DNA from: an uncultured virus (IMG/VR IMGVR_UViG_2061766007_002127)
Lineage: Duplodnaviria; Heunggongvirae; Uroviricota; Caudoviricetes
Virus record (IMG/VR): IMGVR_UViG_2061766007_002127
DNA: 32,723 nucleotides
Strand: one strand, 5' to 3'
Of this stretch, positions 1 through 10,979 are shown in pieces. Position 1 is the first letter of the stretch. Each line of letters starts with the position of its first letter. The position numbers and the translations under genes were made by a program. A model generated the notes under the pieces. The model was not told the DNA's origin, did not search any database, and saw only the letters and a program-made list of their open reading frames with translations.

Positions 1-2878
1 TGCCTGCTCCTCCTGTCGTTCTCGTGCCTGACGGGGGCGTCGGAGCGGGGGAAGAAGTCGGACTGGAGGAGGGAGGGGGAGGATTCGGCGTTGACGTGGT
101 GGAGGATGGAGGAAGAGGTCTTCTCCTTGAACTCGCGCTCGTCTGCGATGGGGGCGTANNNNNNNNNNAGGGGTACTCGTAGGGGGCGTAGTTGCCCGTC
201 GCCTCGTCCTTCTGGAGCTCGGGGTACGATTCCACGGGGGAGAAGGGATAGGGGGTCTGGTTCCTGCGAGGCATGTCGCCGTCGAGCCTGAGGCGCTGGC
301 GCTCCTCGTCGGAGAGGGGCGTCCAGACCGTGGCGAATTCGGGGAACGAGAGGTAGGTCTGGGTGGTGACGAGGGGGGATTCGCCCATCGAAGACGCGCC
401 GCAGGTATTGTAGGAGACCGTGAGGACTGGAGGGGGGAGGGGTAGGAGCTGGCTTCCGTACTGGTACATGCCGCCCCCNNNNNNNNNNNNNNNNNNNNNN
501 NNNNNNNNNNNTGGTGGAGCATGATGTCCCTGTCCTCGCAGACGGAGAAGTAGGCGTGACCGAGGGTGGAGAGCCAGTCGTCGAAGATGGAGGATTCGGT
601 CTCGATGTCGGAGGGGTAGCCGTGCTGGTCGGCGTACTCCTCGAAGAGGGTCTCGATGTCGGCTGGAGCCTCGGTCTGGAGCAGGGACTGGTCGTATGGG
701 GGGGTGGCGTATGAGCCGTTTGAAATCGTGACGGCGACGGAGCCGACGCCGTCGTAGATGAAGATGCGCCTCCTGAGGGTGGACTCGTCCTGGGGAGGGT
801 TTTTCGGTCTTGTCCTGACGAGGTTGAAGTACAGGGCGTACTCCCAGTGGAGGAGATGGATTCGGTTGGACTCGTCGTCCTTGTAGGGGGTGGACATGCA
901 CCAGTGGGTGGATTTGGACTGGTACGTGGGGAGCTGGGAGGGATTGCCGTCGGAGACGGGGGAGGTGGAGTATCGTGGGGAGCCGTCTGGGGAGTCGCAG
1001 AGCCACGGGGAGGGGTTGGGGAACGCCATTCTCTTCTGCGCCGTCCAGTAAGGCTGGTCGCCAGAGTACCTCGCGNNNNNNNNNNNNNNNNNNNCGCCTG
1101 TACCATTTCATGTCGCGTGCGCATTTCACGAGCTCGCTGTATTCGTACCATCCCGTCCAGCCGTCGGGTTCCCAGTGGAGCTGGGGGATTTCCCTCTCGA
1201 CGGTGGATTCGGTGGATGTGTCGATGATGATGTCCTCGTCGGTGTAGGTGGCGTGGCGGGGGGNNNNNNNNNNNNNNNNNNNNNNNNNGTCGTGGAGGAC
1301 GGTGTCGTTGACGGAGACCATGCCGAGACCGTCCACGTTGAGCGACCTGTCGTCCTTGAGCCTCTTGGCGTTCATGCCAAGGAAGTAGTACGGGACGGAA
1401 CCGTCCGAGGACGAGTTGATGTCTGGCATCCTGTGTGTGCCGTTGTACCACCTGTCGTTCTTGCTGGAGTCTGCCTCGTAGTCCTCGTACAGGGCAGACG
1501 ATTCGCCGAAGGAGTCGTACACCCAGACGAACCTCGTCCTGTCGCCAGCGAACGTCCACGTCTGACCCCCCGTGGTCTGCTCGTACCCCTCCCGTGGGGA
1601 CTTGATGAAGTACTGGCGGGTCTTNNNNNNNNNNNNNNNNNNNNNNNNNNNNNNNNNNNNNNNNNTTGAAGAAGTAGAACTCGCCGCCCTCCCTGAACGG
1701 ACCGAGGCTGTGGCACGGCTTGCTGGCGTCGAAGCGTATGCCGACGTGCCCCACGGTCTGGTCGTCTGGGACGAGNNNNNNNNNNNNNNNNNNNNNNNNN
1801 NNNNGGACATGAACGCCTGCACGGTTGCGAGCGTGTCGGCGTAGCCACCGTACCTCGATGCGTTGAGCCTGTAGAACTGGTCGAATTCGCCGATGAGGTT
1901 CGTGCCGAGGGCGTGCCCCTCGGAGTCGGTGCCGTATATGAATGCGATGGCGACTGCGTCTGGAACCGAGTTCGCGACCGTGACGACCTTCGACGTGGCG
2001 TTCGGGTCGAGGCTGATGACGGTCGAGAGGGCGTATCCTGCGATGTACGAATCCGATATAATCTGCCTGACGGAGTTGTAGCTGTTCGCCATGAGCGACC
2101 CGTCGGACGCGACATACGCCTCCCCGTTCGGGAAGAACAGGGATATGAGCCACTGGAGGAACAGGCTCCTCGTGCCGTCCTGCTGGAGGTAGAGGAGCCT
2201 CGCCCTGCGCCTCCTCATGATGGTCAGGTAGTCGTCGTAGCCGATGTCGTTGCTGGTCGGGTCTATCCCGTATATCACGGAGCCGTCGTCGTTCCGACCG
2301 TCGCACTCGTGGGGGGTGAGGCTTTCTTTCCTCGTCCCGTTGACGGAGATGCTGGACTTGTGCCAGTCCCACTTGTACTTGCTCCCCTGCGAATCCGTCC
2401 TCTCGCCGTTCGACAGCACCTCATGGCTGTAGTCCTCGATGCTTCTCCTCGTGTACGTGACCTCCTGGTTGAGCGGCAGGTCGCAGGACTCGTCGACGAT
2501 GTCCCATGGCTGGGCGTAGAACCTGCGCCAGTACTCCTCGACGTACACGTACCAGACTGGCTTGCCTATCAGCTTGACGGAACGGTTCTGGTTGGGGTCG
2601 TCGGAGTTAGGCCCCCATTCGTCGACGACGCTGAAACGGTATGTCTGCTCGCCAGAGTACGCCAGCGACGAGCCGTCTGGGTTGAAAGGGACGGTCGGGA
2701 GGAACAGGTGGACGTGACCCCTCTGGTGGCAGGTCGATGTCTTCGTGGTAGCCTTCATGGGCTGTTCGCCGTCGGTTTCGGTAGGCTTCGAGTCGTCTGG
2801 CTCCAGCACGGTCGTGGACTGGGAGAAGCTCCATCCGTCGTGGTATATCCATGCCAATGGCGCGAATTCGAGTGTCAT
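1..2878 (-). CDS. Large hypothetical protein (>950 aa, runs off the left edge), possibly virion/structural
   Basis: Translated by hand because the ORF track misses it. ATG at 2878 has an AAGGAG RBS. Protein begins MTLEFAPLAWIYHDGWSFSQSTTVLEPDD... and is rich in Y/W/D/S/T/G; the segments translated between gaps stay open. No recognisable catalytic motif. Confidence 0.75.
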   Translation of the reverse strand, partial: MTLEFAPLAWIYHDGWSFSQSTTVLEPDDSKPTETDGEQPMKATTKTSTCHQRGHVHLFLPTVPFNPDGSSLAYSGEQTYRFSVVDEWGPNSDDPNQNRSVKLIGKPVWYVYVEEYWRRFYAQPWDIVDESCDLPLNQEVTYTRRSIEDYSHEVLSNGERTDSQGSKYKWDWHKSSISVNGTRKESLTPHECDGRNDDGSVIYGIDPTSNDIGYDDYLTIMRRRRARLLYLQQDGTRSLFLQWLISLFFPNGEAYVASDGSLMANSYNSVRQIISDSYIAGYALSTVISLDPNATSKVVTVANSVPDAVAIAFIYGTDSEGHALGTNLIGEFDQFYRLNASRYGGYADTLATVQAFMSXXXXXXXXXXSSQTTRPWGTSAYASTPASRATASVRSGRAASSTSSXXXXXXXXXXXXXXKTRQYFIKSPREGYEQTTGGQTWTFAGDRTRFVWVYDSFGESSALYEDYEADSSKNDRWYNGTHRMPDINSSSDGSVPYYFLGMNAKRLKDDRSLNVDGLGMVSVNDTVLHDXXXXXXXXXPRHATYTDEDIIIDTSTESTVEREIPQLHWEPDGWTGWYEYSELVKCARDMKWYRXXXXXXXREVLWRPALLDGAEENGVPQPLPVALRLPRRLPTILHLPRLRRQSLPAPHVPVQIHPLVHVHPLQGRRVQPNPSPPLGVRPVLQPRQDKTEKPSPGRVHPQEAHLHLRRRRLRRRHDFKRLIRHPPIRPVPAPDRGSSRHRDPLRGVRRPARLPLRHRDRILHLRRLALHPRSRLLLRLRGQGHHAPPXXXXXXXXXXXGGGMYQYGSQLLPLPPPVLTVSYNTCGASSMGESPLVTTQTYLSFPEFATVWTPLSDEERQRLRLDGDMPRRNQTPYPFSPVESYPELQKDEATGNYAPYEYPXXXXTPPSQTSASSRRRPLPPSSTTSTPNPPPPSSSPTSSPAPTPPSGTRTTGGAG

Positions 2879-2922
2879 TGCGATTGTACTCCTTTTTTAT
2901 GCCATATTTTCAAGATTTCTTC

Positions 2923-2950
2923 TTGACTTTCCAAGGATATGGCGTATATT
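2923..2950 (+). promoter_or_regulatory. Phage sigma70-like promoter TTGACT-N16-TATATT
   Basis: One of seven intergenic copies of the same consensus with identical 16-nt spacing. Confidence 0.75.
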
Positions 2951-2993
2951 ATTGTACAATCGTGGTTTTGTAATGGACAAAGGAGATTTTCAA

Positions 2994-3419
2994 ATGGACG
3001 AATACGACGATGGAATGATGGAGAGCCTGAGCAGGAAGGCATATGCCGAGCTTGCCGAGTTCGACAGGGAGATGGTTGTGGCGCCTTGGAAGGAGGCTCT
3101 GGAAATGTGTGGCATGGCGAGCGACATCGTCACGACGGTGAGGATGCAGGTGGCGTGCGGGGGCGTTTCCGTGGAGGAGTTCATCGGGAGATGCGACGAT
3201 GGCGCGTCGCTGGTGGACATGGCGCCGCTGTCGGAGTTCACATGGAGAGGAATCGACGTGGTGGAGGCTGCTGCATGGGCGTACAGGATTTCAATCCTGC
3301 TGGACGAGATTGCTGGCGTGTTCAGGGAGATGATGCCGATTACGTTCCTGATTCTTGTCAACATGATTGCAAGGAGAAGGAATTACGTGAAGGCAGTGAC
3401 GGACGCATGGAAGAAATAG
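2994..3419 (+). CDS. Hypothetical protein
   Basis: AGGAG RBS at 2981, then MDEYDDGMMESL...AWKK*. Codon usage matches neighbouring genes. Confidence 0.75.
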   Translation: MDEYDDGMMESLSRKAYAELAEFDREMVVAPWKEALEMCGMASDIVTTVRMQVACGGVSVEEFIGRCDDGASLVDMAPLSEFTWRGIDVVEAAAWAYRISILLDEIAGVFREMMPITFLILVNMIARRRNYVKAVTDAWKK

Positions 3420-3435
3420 CAAAGGAGAACAAGGA

Positions 3436-3669
3436 ATGATTGGAGACGGAATTGACGGGGTTGGCGTGAGGTTCGGTGTGTTCGCGCTGGACGATTCGGA
3501 CGCGCTGGACAATGTTGTGCTGAAGGTGCTCGGCGAGGACGGGTACCAGAGGATGAAGAGGGAGACGGCGTCGATGCCGAAGGGCGTCGCGAACGACAAG
3601 ATTGTGGACGAGGTGTTCAGGAGGCTGAACCATCCGTTCGTCAGGCTGGCGCTGTGGCTGGCGAGGTAG
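3436..3669 (+). CDS. Hypothetical protein
   Basis: 77-aa ORF with RBS, tightly packed in the operon. Confidence 0.7.
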   Translation: MIGDGIDGVGVRFGVFALDDSDALDNVVLKVLGEDGYQRMKRETASMPKGVANDKIVDEVFRRLNHPFVRLALWLAR

Positions 3670-3672
3670 GCG

Positions 3673-4055
3673 ATGTACGTTGCAGAGGTCAGAGAAGGAA
3701 GGCTTCTCTACGGATTGGACAAGGATGGAAGGATGAAGTATTCGCACAGGCAACCGAAGTGCAGTCCACACGTGTGCGAGGCAGTGTGCCCGTATGCGAA
3801 ACTGCCATGGAGCGTGGACGTGGTCTCCATGCAGGACGGCAGGGACGCCGTGGTGCTGCTCAAGGACAGGGGGAGGGGCGACCTATGTGGATGCGTCGTC
3901 ATGTACCTGAACAGGAAGATTGGGCTTGGCGAGGCAGAGGCGCTGAGTGGCAGGGAGCGCCAGTTCANNNNNNNNNNNNNNNNNNNNNNNNNNNNNNNNN
4001 NNNNNNNNNNNNNNNGATGGAGCACGAGCTTGCAGACTGGAACCGAGGCAGGTAG
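3673..4055 (+). CDS. Cys-rich hypothetical protein, probable CxxC...CPYxxE family member (spans gap)
   Basis: Contains CSPHVCEAVCPY. After the gap it ends MEHELADWNRGR*, resembling the family C-terminus. Confidence 0.6.
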
Positions 4056-4171
4056 AATACAAGATATTTTTAATACTAGACCTTTGTTCGTTTATTTGCA
4101 GATATTATATAAGTATGAAATAGAATTTTCGATAAGTATAATAAATCATTGGTCTTAATGGGAAATCAAGG

Positions 4172-4324
4172 ATGATAGCAATTAAATTGAAGAGAATCGA
4201 TGAAGAGGATGTTTCTGAACTGCAACGACAATTTGGAAACGCTGTTCGTTTCGCATTTAATCGCTATGCTGATTCAAAAGGAATGTTGACAGATGCACAA
4301 GTAAGAGGACTTGTGCATCGGATG
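4172..4324 (+). mobile_element. N-terminal fragment of a TnpB/Cas12f-like (IS200/IS605 OrfB-type) protein, cut by a gap
   Basis: MIAIKLKRIDEEDVSELQRQFGNAVRFAFNRY resembles the 'IKL...QF...VR(F/Y)A(F/Y)NR' start of TnpB-like proteins. AT-rich island begins about 4056. RuvC domain not visible. Confidence 0.5.
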
Positions 4325-4336
4325 NNNNNNNNNNAC

Positions 4337-5014
4337 ATGGACGCAGTTTCAACCGACATGGAGCCAAGGATGAAGGAATATCTCATAGACAACGTCGTGA
4401 AGTCGTTCTGCAGGGACGGCGTGGTCAGGACGGGATGCACTGCCGAGGAGACATTGGGCATGGTGTACCNNNNNNNNNNNNNNNNNNNNNNNNNNNNNNN
4501 NNNNNNNNNNNNNNNNNNNNNNNTTTCAACGCCATCACGGAGGTCAGGCACACGGTGCTGGTGCATTCGTGGTACGTGGGCATACTCGCTGCCGACATGG
4601 CTCCAGAGGAACTGGTGGACATGGCGAGGCTCGCAGGGATGATGCACGACTTCGGGGAGACAATCATNNNNNNNNNNNNNNNNNNNNNNNNNNNNNNNNN
4701 NNNNNNNNNNNNNNNNNNNNNNNNNNNNNNNNNNNNNNNNNNNNNNNNNNNNNNNNNNNNNNGGGATAAAGGACTTCGACGGGAAATACGCATCGGTCGA
4801 GCAGTACGTGTCGAAGGCAGATTCGGTCGTGGGCGAGATGGAGTTCTACGGGGACGCATTCGGCATGGACAGGAATGCCGCCGACGCCGTGCAGGCTCTG
4901 TTCGGCGAGATGGAGGAGTCCGTGACGGTCGAAAAGTTCGACGAGACGCTAAGATGGATTGTCGGGAAGGTGAATTCCAAGGAAGGAACCGAAAAAAACG
5001 GATTTCAAGGTTGA
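4337..5014 (+). CDS. HD-domain phosphohydrolase (YfbR/YfdR-like deoxynucleotidase), spans gaps
   Basis: FNAITEVRHTVLVHSWYV...LAGMMHDFGETI...VSKADSVV carries the H...HD..E...D motif set. Start approximate. Confidence 0.75.
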
Positions 5015-5038
5015 CAAGCCAGAAAAACGGCGTATATT
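5011..5038 (+). promoter_or_regulatory. Promoter TTGACA-N16-TATATT
   Basis: Consensus match upstream of ORF 5093. Confidence 0.75.
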
Positions 5039-5092
5039 ATATGCGTCGAAGAAAAAGACGACTGAAAATCAACCAACAGCAAGGAGAAGAAT

Positions 5093-5761
5093 ATGATTCT
5101 GAAGCAAATCGAAAAAGTGTCGATGAACGAGCATGGAATCCATACTGATGACGACGCAACCGTTGAGAACAAGAACCTGAAGGACATCGATGTCGACAAC
5201 CGCGACCAGTGGATGTACGTTGGGCTGTCGGACAAGGGGTTCGAGCTCAAGAGGAAGCGTGTTGCCAAGCGCAAGGAGAACTTGCTGAAAGAAGATGAGG
5301 AGGAATACTCCGAGGACATGGAATTGCCGTTCAATACGAACAAGCACTTGTTCATGTTCGGCATGTACGAGAACGAGAAGTCGGAGAAGCCGTTCGCGTA
5401 CCTCGCCATGTTCGTGGACAGCATGTACACGCACAAGAACTACGATGAAATCGGCGATGCCGTGCTGGCGAGGTCGATTGCGCTCGCGTCCGAGGTCGAT
5501 GGATGGGAGATGGGGCGCATACAGGCAATGCTTGTGAACAGGATGCTTGACATGGCATACAAGGGACGCGAACAATTCGAACTCAGGATGAAATCACACA
5601 ACAGGATAGAAGCCGAATACGAAGACAATGTCCCGTTCGACGGCAATCCTGCTGTTGCGAAAATCGCCTCGGAGGAGAACGGGTTCAGGATGTTCAAGGC
5701 GACAATGCTCAATGACGTGTCGGACATCGAGAAGGATGCGTTGCTGGAGACAACGTGGTAA
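5093..5761 (+). CDS. Hypothetical acidic protein (222 aa)
   Basis: AAGGAG RBS, intact ORF with its own promoter. Confidence 0.8.
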   Translation: MILKQIEKVSMNEHGIHTDDDATVENKNLKDIDVDNRDQWMYVGLSDKGFELKRKRVAKRKENLLKEDEEEYSEDMELPFNTNKHLFMFGMYENEKSEKPFAYLAMFVDSMYTHKNYDEIGDAVLARSIALASEVDGWEMGRIQAMLVNRMLDMAYKGREQFELRMKSHNRIEAEYEDNVPFDGNPAVAKIASEENGFRMFKATMLNDVSDIEKDALLETTW

Positions 5762-5825
5762 AATCGCGCATCCGTGCATTGGAATTGCAACAGATAGGGC
5801 GTCTGGCTTGGCATAGCCGTGACAA

Positions 5826-7971
5826 TCAATTGATGCCAAGACTCGCTCTATCTCTTTGCCTTTGCGACAGGGAGCCGAATTGTATTGGAATCTCAAGGTC
5901 TCCAGATTGGACGAGTGCCCATACCGTTGTGCCTCTAATAACTGTAGTGATATTCGTTGTCTTGTCGGTCTTTGTATAGTCAATCTTATTTTTGGTGTTT
6001 CTTTCTTCTTTTTTCAATATGTCGTTGAGTTTTTGTTGATTGTCCGTGTCGTCGTAGAATGGCACAAGCGAGAAAGTGGTGTTTTGAAAATTGCCTGTAA
6101 TGTATTTCATGGCATCTGTCCAGATTCTCTTTTTCACGAATTCCTCATCCAGTTGTTCCGATGACTTTTTCATGCTCTCGTTAAGCGAATCGTTGAATTT
6201 TTTAGTTATGGTTCTCGGGTAGCTTGAGAACCAGTATGGCTTTCCTTTCATTCCAGCGTTGTCCCATGCGCCGCAGTCCGATATGGCAATCGCCCTCTTT
6301 TTCAGCGATTCTGGTATTCTCCATTGCGAATGATTTGCGCCGAAAATGAATTTACCCGTGGTTTCGTCGAACCCAATGACGNNNNNNNNNNNNNNNNNNN
6401 NNNNNNNNNNNNNTTCGACTGTCATGGCAGTCAGTTTCGGCTTGAAAGGTCCTCCCTCTTCCAGTTGGTATGGTTTATTTTCGAATATGACTTTCACGCC
6501 AGTCGAATAAATGCCTTCTATCCTTTGCACATTGTTTGGATTTTTTTCCTTGTTTACGGTAAACTGATTCATTAGCATGATTATAAGCTTTCCGAATCTT
6601 CTTGTTTCATCTGGGCATTGCATGGCGTCATCCGTCAGGCAGTTGTTTATGAAATCATACCTGCTCTTATGCTGTGAATATTTCGTCCTCTTGCTTGGGT
6701 CTGGATTTGTTTCACTGCCTAATTCGATTTCAAATTCCCACAGGCGTGGCGATTTCCCTGATTTATGGAACTTCCCGTCTGCATCAGTCCCAGAAATCCA
6801 GTTTTTGTCGTTTGTCTCCCAGAATCCGAACACCCATTGACCACCGTCGTNNNNNNNNNNNNNNNNNNNNNNNNNNNNNNNNNNNNNNNNNNNNNNNNNN
6901 NNNNNNNNNNNNNNNNNNNNGCGTTTTCGCAGTCGAACGTGTCTTTTCCGACGCAGGCGCCTTTTTCGGTAAGGCTTGAAACGACTGCCTTTTTGCAATC
7001 CTTCGCGTATATGTGGGAGATTTTCCCGTTCTCGAACCTCACGCTTCCGTTTCTGATTCTGCAACTGTCGGTCAGCGCTATTTCTCCAGTGAACGATTCG
7101 TTGCTTTCACATCCGTAGTCGCCATTGTATTTAATTTGTGTTCCTGTCCTGATGCCACCCGATTTCCAATGGACTTTTACTGCTCCATTGACATTGCTGA
7201 TTGAAAATGCAGATTCCTGTGAATTCGTCGTGAATTCATGCTGTTCATCTGTTATTGCGAAAGTCGTTGAAACAATGCCTTTGTATTCGCCAGGGAATGG
7301 AACTTTGCCTTTTATCTTTCCAGATGTCCACTTCAAATAGCATATTTTATTTATCTTTGTGCTGGTGAATTCGAATGTCGCATTCTCCACGGATATGAAA
7401 TCATCTTTTCCTGCGTCTCCCTTTGGCTTCGTCATGATTCTTCCAGTGAATCCACTTAGGGAAATCTGTTCGTCTGGATATACGGCGAACGCTGCATCGT
7501 TTCCGAACCGTCCATTTTTGAACACTCCTTTCGAGCNNNNNNNNNNNNNNNNNNNNNNNNNNNNNNNNNNNCTATGAATGTGCAGTTGTCAAGGTTGCCT
7601 GTGAAGCTTGTCCCGTTTGGGAATCCATCTTCGTCAATCATGACATTATATTCGGACAACACTCCTTCAGGAGGCTCAATGTGAGCATTTCCATATATCA
7701 CTATGGTTTTTTCTTTTTCATCAGCATCAATGCCTGAACCATTTCCAACGATTTTGACATTTCCGAATTGCCTGGAAAAATTATTGCCGTTTTGCTGATT
7801 GATGCTCTGCTCGACGGCATTGTCCTGTTCGACGACGGTTTTCGGTTCGACAGCCTTGTCCTGCTTGTCCTTCTGCTTGTCCTTCTTGCCCTTCGCCGCG
7901 AATCTGAAGTCCATCACGGAGTCGAACAACCTGCTTGCTATGCGTATGAGTTTTGCCGAAATGCTGTCCAT
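5826..7971 (-). CDS. Large hypothetical protein (~700 aa, gapped) with N-terminal RIAxxL leader
   Basis: Starts MDSISAKLIRIASRLF at 7971. Joins track ORFs 7456-8379, 6719-7525 and 5826-7064 across N-gaps. GC content is lower than neighbours. Confidence 0.7.
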
Positions 7972-7987
7972 GGCTTGCTTTCCCTGC

Positions 7988-8015
7988 TTGAAAAATGAAA
8001 TTGACATTCCATATT
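7988..8015 (+). promoter_or_regulatory. Promoter TTGAAA-N16-CATATT
   Basis: Consensus match upstream of the helicase. Confidence 0.7.
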
Positions 8016-8061
8016 GTATTGTACGGCAATAAGCAAAAAGTTTTTTCAGGAAGCAAAGACA

Positions 8062-9337
8062 ATGGAATCGAACAAGGCGAATGACTTCGGCTACATCGAC
8101 GGCGTGGCGCAGGAGGAGAGGGTAACGGAGCTGTCGGACGAGCAGGGCATGGCGATTGAGTCCGTGAAGGGGTTCATGGACGGAGACGGCTTCGGTCACT
8201 ACGTGATTGGGGGCGTGGCAGGCTCTGGCAAGAGCACCGTCATACCGTACATCGTCGACGAGTGCGGCACGCCGTACAGCGCAGGGACTGGTCAGGGGAG
8301 CGTCGCAGTCTGCGCGTACACTGGCAAGGCTGTGATGAACCTCAAGAGGAAGGGCATCCCGAACGCGATGACGCTCCATTCGTTCCTGTACGACACGAGG
8401 GTGTCGACGGATTCAATGACTGGGGAGAAGATTGTCGTCCATTCGAGGAAGGACGACTGGTGCTTCCGTGGCATAAGGCTGCTCATCGTGGACGAGGCGT
8501 CGATGGTCAGCAGGGAGATGTTCGACATCATCGAGAGTCTCCCGTTCAAGACCGTGTACATCGGCGACCACTTCCAGTTGCCTCCCGTGAACGACAGGTT
8601 CAACATCATGGAGAAGCCAGACTTCAGGATGGAGAGGATACACCGTCAGGAGCTCGACAACCCGATTGTGGCGCTCGCAGACATGGCTAGGAACGGNNNN
8701 NNNNNNNNNNNNNNNNNNNNNNNNNNACGAGGTCGCTCGACAGGTCGGCTTTGCCATCGTACTCGGAGATTGTGACGTGGACGAATGCGACGAAGGACGC
8801 CGTGAACGAGTGCATACGGGAGTCGAGGGGCTTCCAGAAGGATGTCCCCCAGGTGGACGACAAGATGATTGTCAGGGTGAACAACAGGTCGAAGAACGTG
8901 TACAACGGTCAGATTGTGTATCTCGTGTCGAATCCAGTCCTGATGAAGACGGGCGCGTGGAAGGTCGAGTTCGTCGACGAGCTCGCATACGACGACCCGT
9001 TCATGATGGCTCTGACGGACGGCGCGACCACCGCGCTCGCGTCGGTGCATCTCCCNNNNNNNNNNNNNNNNNNNNNNNNNNNNNNNNNNNNNNATTCACG
9101 AATCTGAAGCAGTGGAGGACGGCGAAGAGGAGGAACCCGTATGAGGTGCATCTCGACTGGGGGTACGCCATCACATGCCATTCTGCGCAGGGCACGTCGT
9201 GGAGGAACGTGGCAGTCATCACCGACGGGAGGATGAGGCGCGTCATGGACAAGGAGGAGTATTCGAGATGGCTGTACACTGCCATAACGAGGGCAGAGGA
9301 GTCCGTGACGATATACTCTGGTGGATTCAATGGCTGA
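8062..9337 (+). CDS. Dda/RecD2-like superfamily 1B DNA helicase (gapped)
   Basis: Walker A GVAGSGKST, AYTGKA, IVDEASM, IGDHFQLPPV, IHRQ, YAITCHSAQG, WLYTAITRA. Confidence 0.92.
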
Positions 9338-9353
9338 TTTCGTGGATGCCAGC

Positions 9354-9381
9354 TTGAAATGGCGAATGCGCGAGCCATATT
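9354..9381 (+). promoter_or_regulatory. Promoter TTGAAA-N16-CATATT
   Basis: Consensus match at the head of the 9.4-19 kb gene array. Confidence 0.7.
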
Positions 9382-9411
9382 GTCTTATGTGCGATTTCAA
9401 GGAGATTTGGC

Positions 9412-9966
9412 ATGAGGGACATAGGCATATGCAGGAAATGCAGGTACTACGTCGAGGACATCGGCACTTTGCTGAAGGATTCGACTGCGAAGCCAGACGA
9501 GGTTTCGTCGACGATACGGCAGACGCACTGGTGCATGCTGAAGCACGACAGGTTCCACGAGGATGTCTTCAGCCACTACCTCGACGTGGAGTTCGGTCAT
9601 GTGAAGGTTCTTGAGTTCTACAGAATGGAGAACGACAGGGACTGCCCGTACTACGCCGAGCACATGATTTACGAGATGAACACGGAGGAGAGGGAGGTCG
9701 ACTACGGCGTGATGTCCGTGTTCAGGAGAACGAGGACGTGCCAGCACTGTGGTCGGGAGATTCCGAACAGGAAGAAATGCCCCCATTGTGGCTACAGCTG
9801 GTTCAAATGCAAGAGGAATCCAGTGGCAATGTTCGCTAGGAGCGATGAGGAGATTCTGAGAGAGGAGAGGAAGAGGAACATCGTGATTGGCATAGAGATG
9901 GCGATTATATTCGGGATGTTTTTCTACTGGCTGGCATTCGAGATTGCGAAGATGTTCATGGATTGA
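9412..9966 (+). CDS. CxxC...CPYYAEH family protein with zinc ribbon and C-terminal TM helix
   Basis: ICRKC...DCPYYAEHMIYEMN, CQHC...CPHC, hydrophobic tail. Paralog of 12519. Confidence 0.8.
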   Translation: MRDIGICRKCRYYVEDIGTLLKDSTAKPDEVSSTIRQTHWCMLKHDRFHEDVFSHYLDVEFGHVKVLEFYRMENDRDCPYYAEHMIYEMNTEEREVDYGVMSVFRRTRTCQHCGREIPNRKKCPHCGYSWFKCKRNPVAMFARSDEEILREERKRNIVIGIEMAIIFGMFFYWLAFEIAKMFMD

Positions 9967-9978
9967 CGGAGTTTTGAA

Positions 9979-10707
9979 ATGAAGGCAAGGTACTACTGCG
10001 ACCATTGTGGAATGTGTTTCGACGATGCAGACGAGTGCGTCAGGCACGAGGCGTTGCATGCAGACATCGAGAGGATTATGGAGGAGCGACCGTCGAAGTA
10101 CGAGGTCGGCGACAGGATTCGGTCGAGGTCGTCAAGCCAGCTCAGGAGGATAGAGTCCAAGTCATACGACCTCTGCGACGGATGGGTCTACAACATCGGA
10201 TACGATGCATACGACAAGCCGATTCAATTGAGGGAGTCGGCGATAGAGAGGAAGATGTCGAACGACGACATCCACGCCACGGAGGTGGCTCTGACGAGGC
10301 GTCTGCACGCGAGCGTGTCGGAGGAATTGTACGCCAGGTGCGACTCCGAGTACACGGACGAGCTTTCGTTCATCATTCGATGCGACAGGAACATGCCTCA
10401 TGCGCTGAGGTTGCTCAGGGCGCATCTTGAGGAGGAGTCTGGAGACGAGGAGACGACGAGGGCGATGTTCTTCCTGAACAGGAGCGACGTGAGGATGGTC
10501 GAGGTGTCGACGTCCGTGCCGACGACTGGAGAGTGCATGTTCTGCTCGTATCCACCGAGCATGAGGTATCCCGTGACGGTGGGCTTCGCGATTGTGTCGG
10601 AGGAGGACTACGCGAGGATGCTGGACGGGACAATCAGTCTGCCAGACGGTCTGGACATGAGGGATGCGATAGACCTGATGGAATTCGTGAAGGAGGAAGG
10701 CAAATGA
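9979..10707 (+). CDS. Hypothetical protein with N-terminal C2H2-like zinc finger
   Basis: YYCDHCGMCFDDADECVRHEALH. Confidence 0.75.
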   Translation: MKARYYCDHCGMCFDDADECVRHEALHADIERIMEERPSKYEVGDRIRSRSSSQLRRIESKSYDLCDGWVYNIGYDAYDKPIQLRESAIERKMSNDDIHATEVALTRRLHASVSEELYARCDSEYTDELSFIIRCDRNMPHALRLLRAHLEEESGDEETTRAMFFLNRSDVRMVEVSTSVPTTGECMFCSYPPSMRYPVTVGFAIVSEEDYARMLDGTISLPDGLDMRDAIDLMEFVKEEGK

Positions 10708-10979
10708 AGGCGACGTACAAGTGCGACCATTGTGGGGCTGAATTCGGCGACAGGGATGAATGCGACAGGCACGAGAAGTCGTGCGACAGGACGGAGGCTC
10801 TTTTGAACAGGGTTGACGAGCTTATGGCTCGGCTGTACATTCTTGAGGAGAAGGTCGAGGCTATGAGGACTGGCAATTCCGAGAGGATGAAGGACGCGAT
10901 TGAGCTGATGCATTCGCACTATCCGAACGTGGTCTACACGGAGTCGAGGACGGAGTGGATTCCGAAGGACGGCGAATGA
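10704..10979 (+). CDS. Small C2H2/C2HC zinc-finger protein
   Basis: MKATYKCDHCGAEFGDRDECDRHEKSC. ATGA overlap with the previous gene; N-terminus paralogous to 9979. Confidence 0.75.
   Translation: MKATYKCDHCGAEFGDRDECDRHEKSCDRTEALLNRVDELMARLYILEEKVEAMRTGNSERMKDAIELMHSHYPNVVYTESRTEWIPKDGE

Noticed and set aside
91..2926. Long + strand ORFs in the track (e.g. 1913-2926)
   Set aside because: They are antisense shadows of the real - strand gene starting at 2878, which has an RBS and typical codon usage.
4337..5014. HD protein as DatZ of a Z-genome (2-aminoadenine) pathway
   Set aside because: No purZ or mazZ is present in the window, and HD motifs alone cannot specify the substrate.
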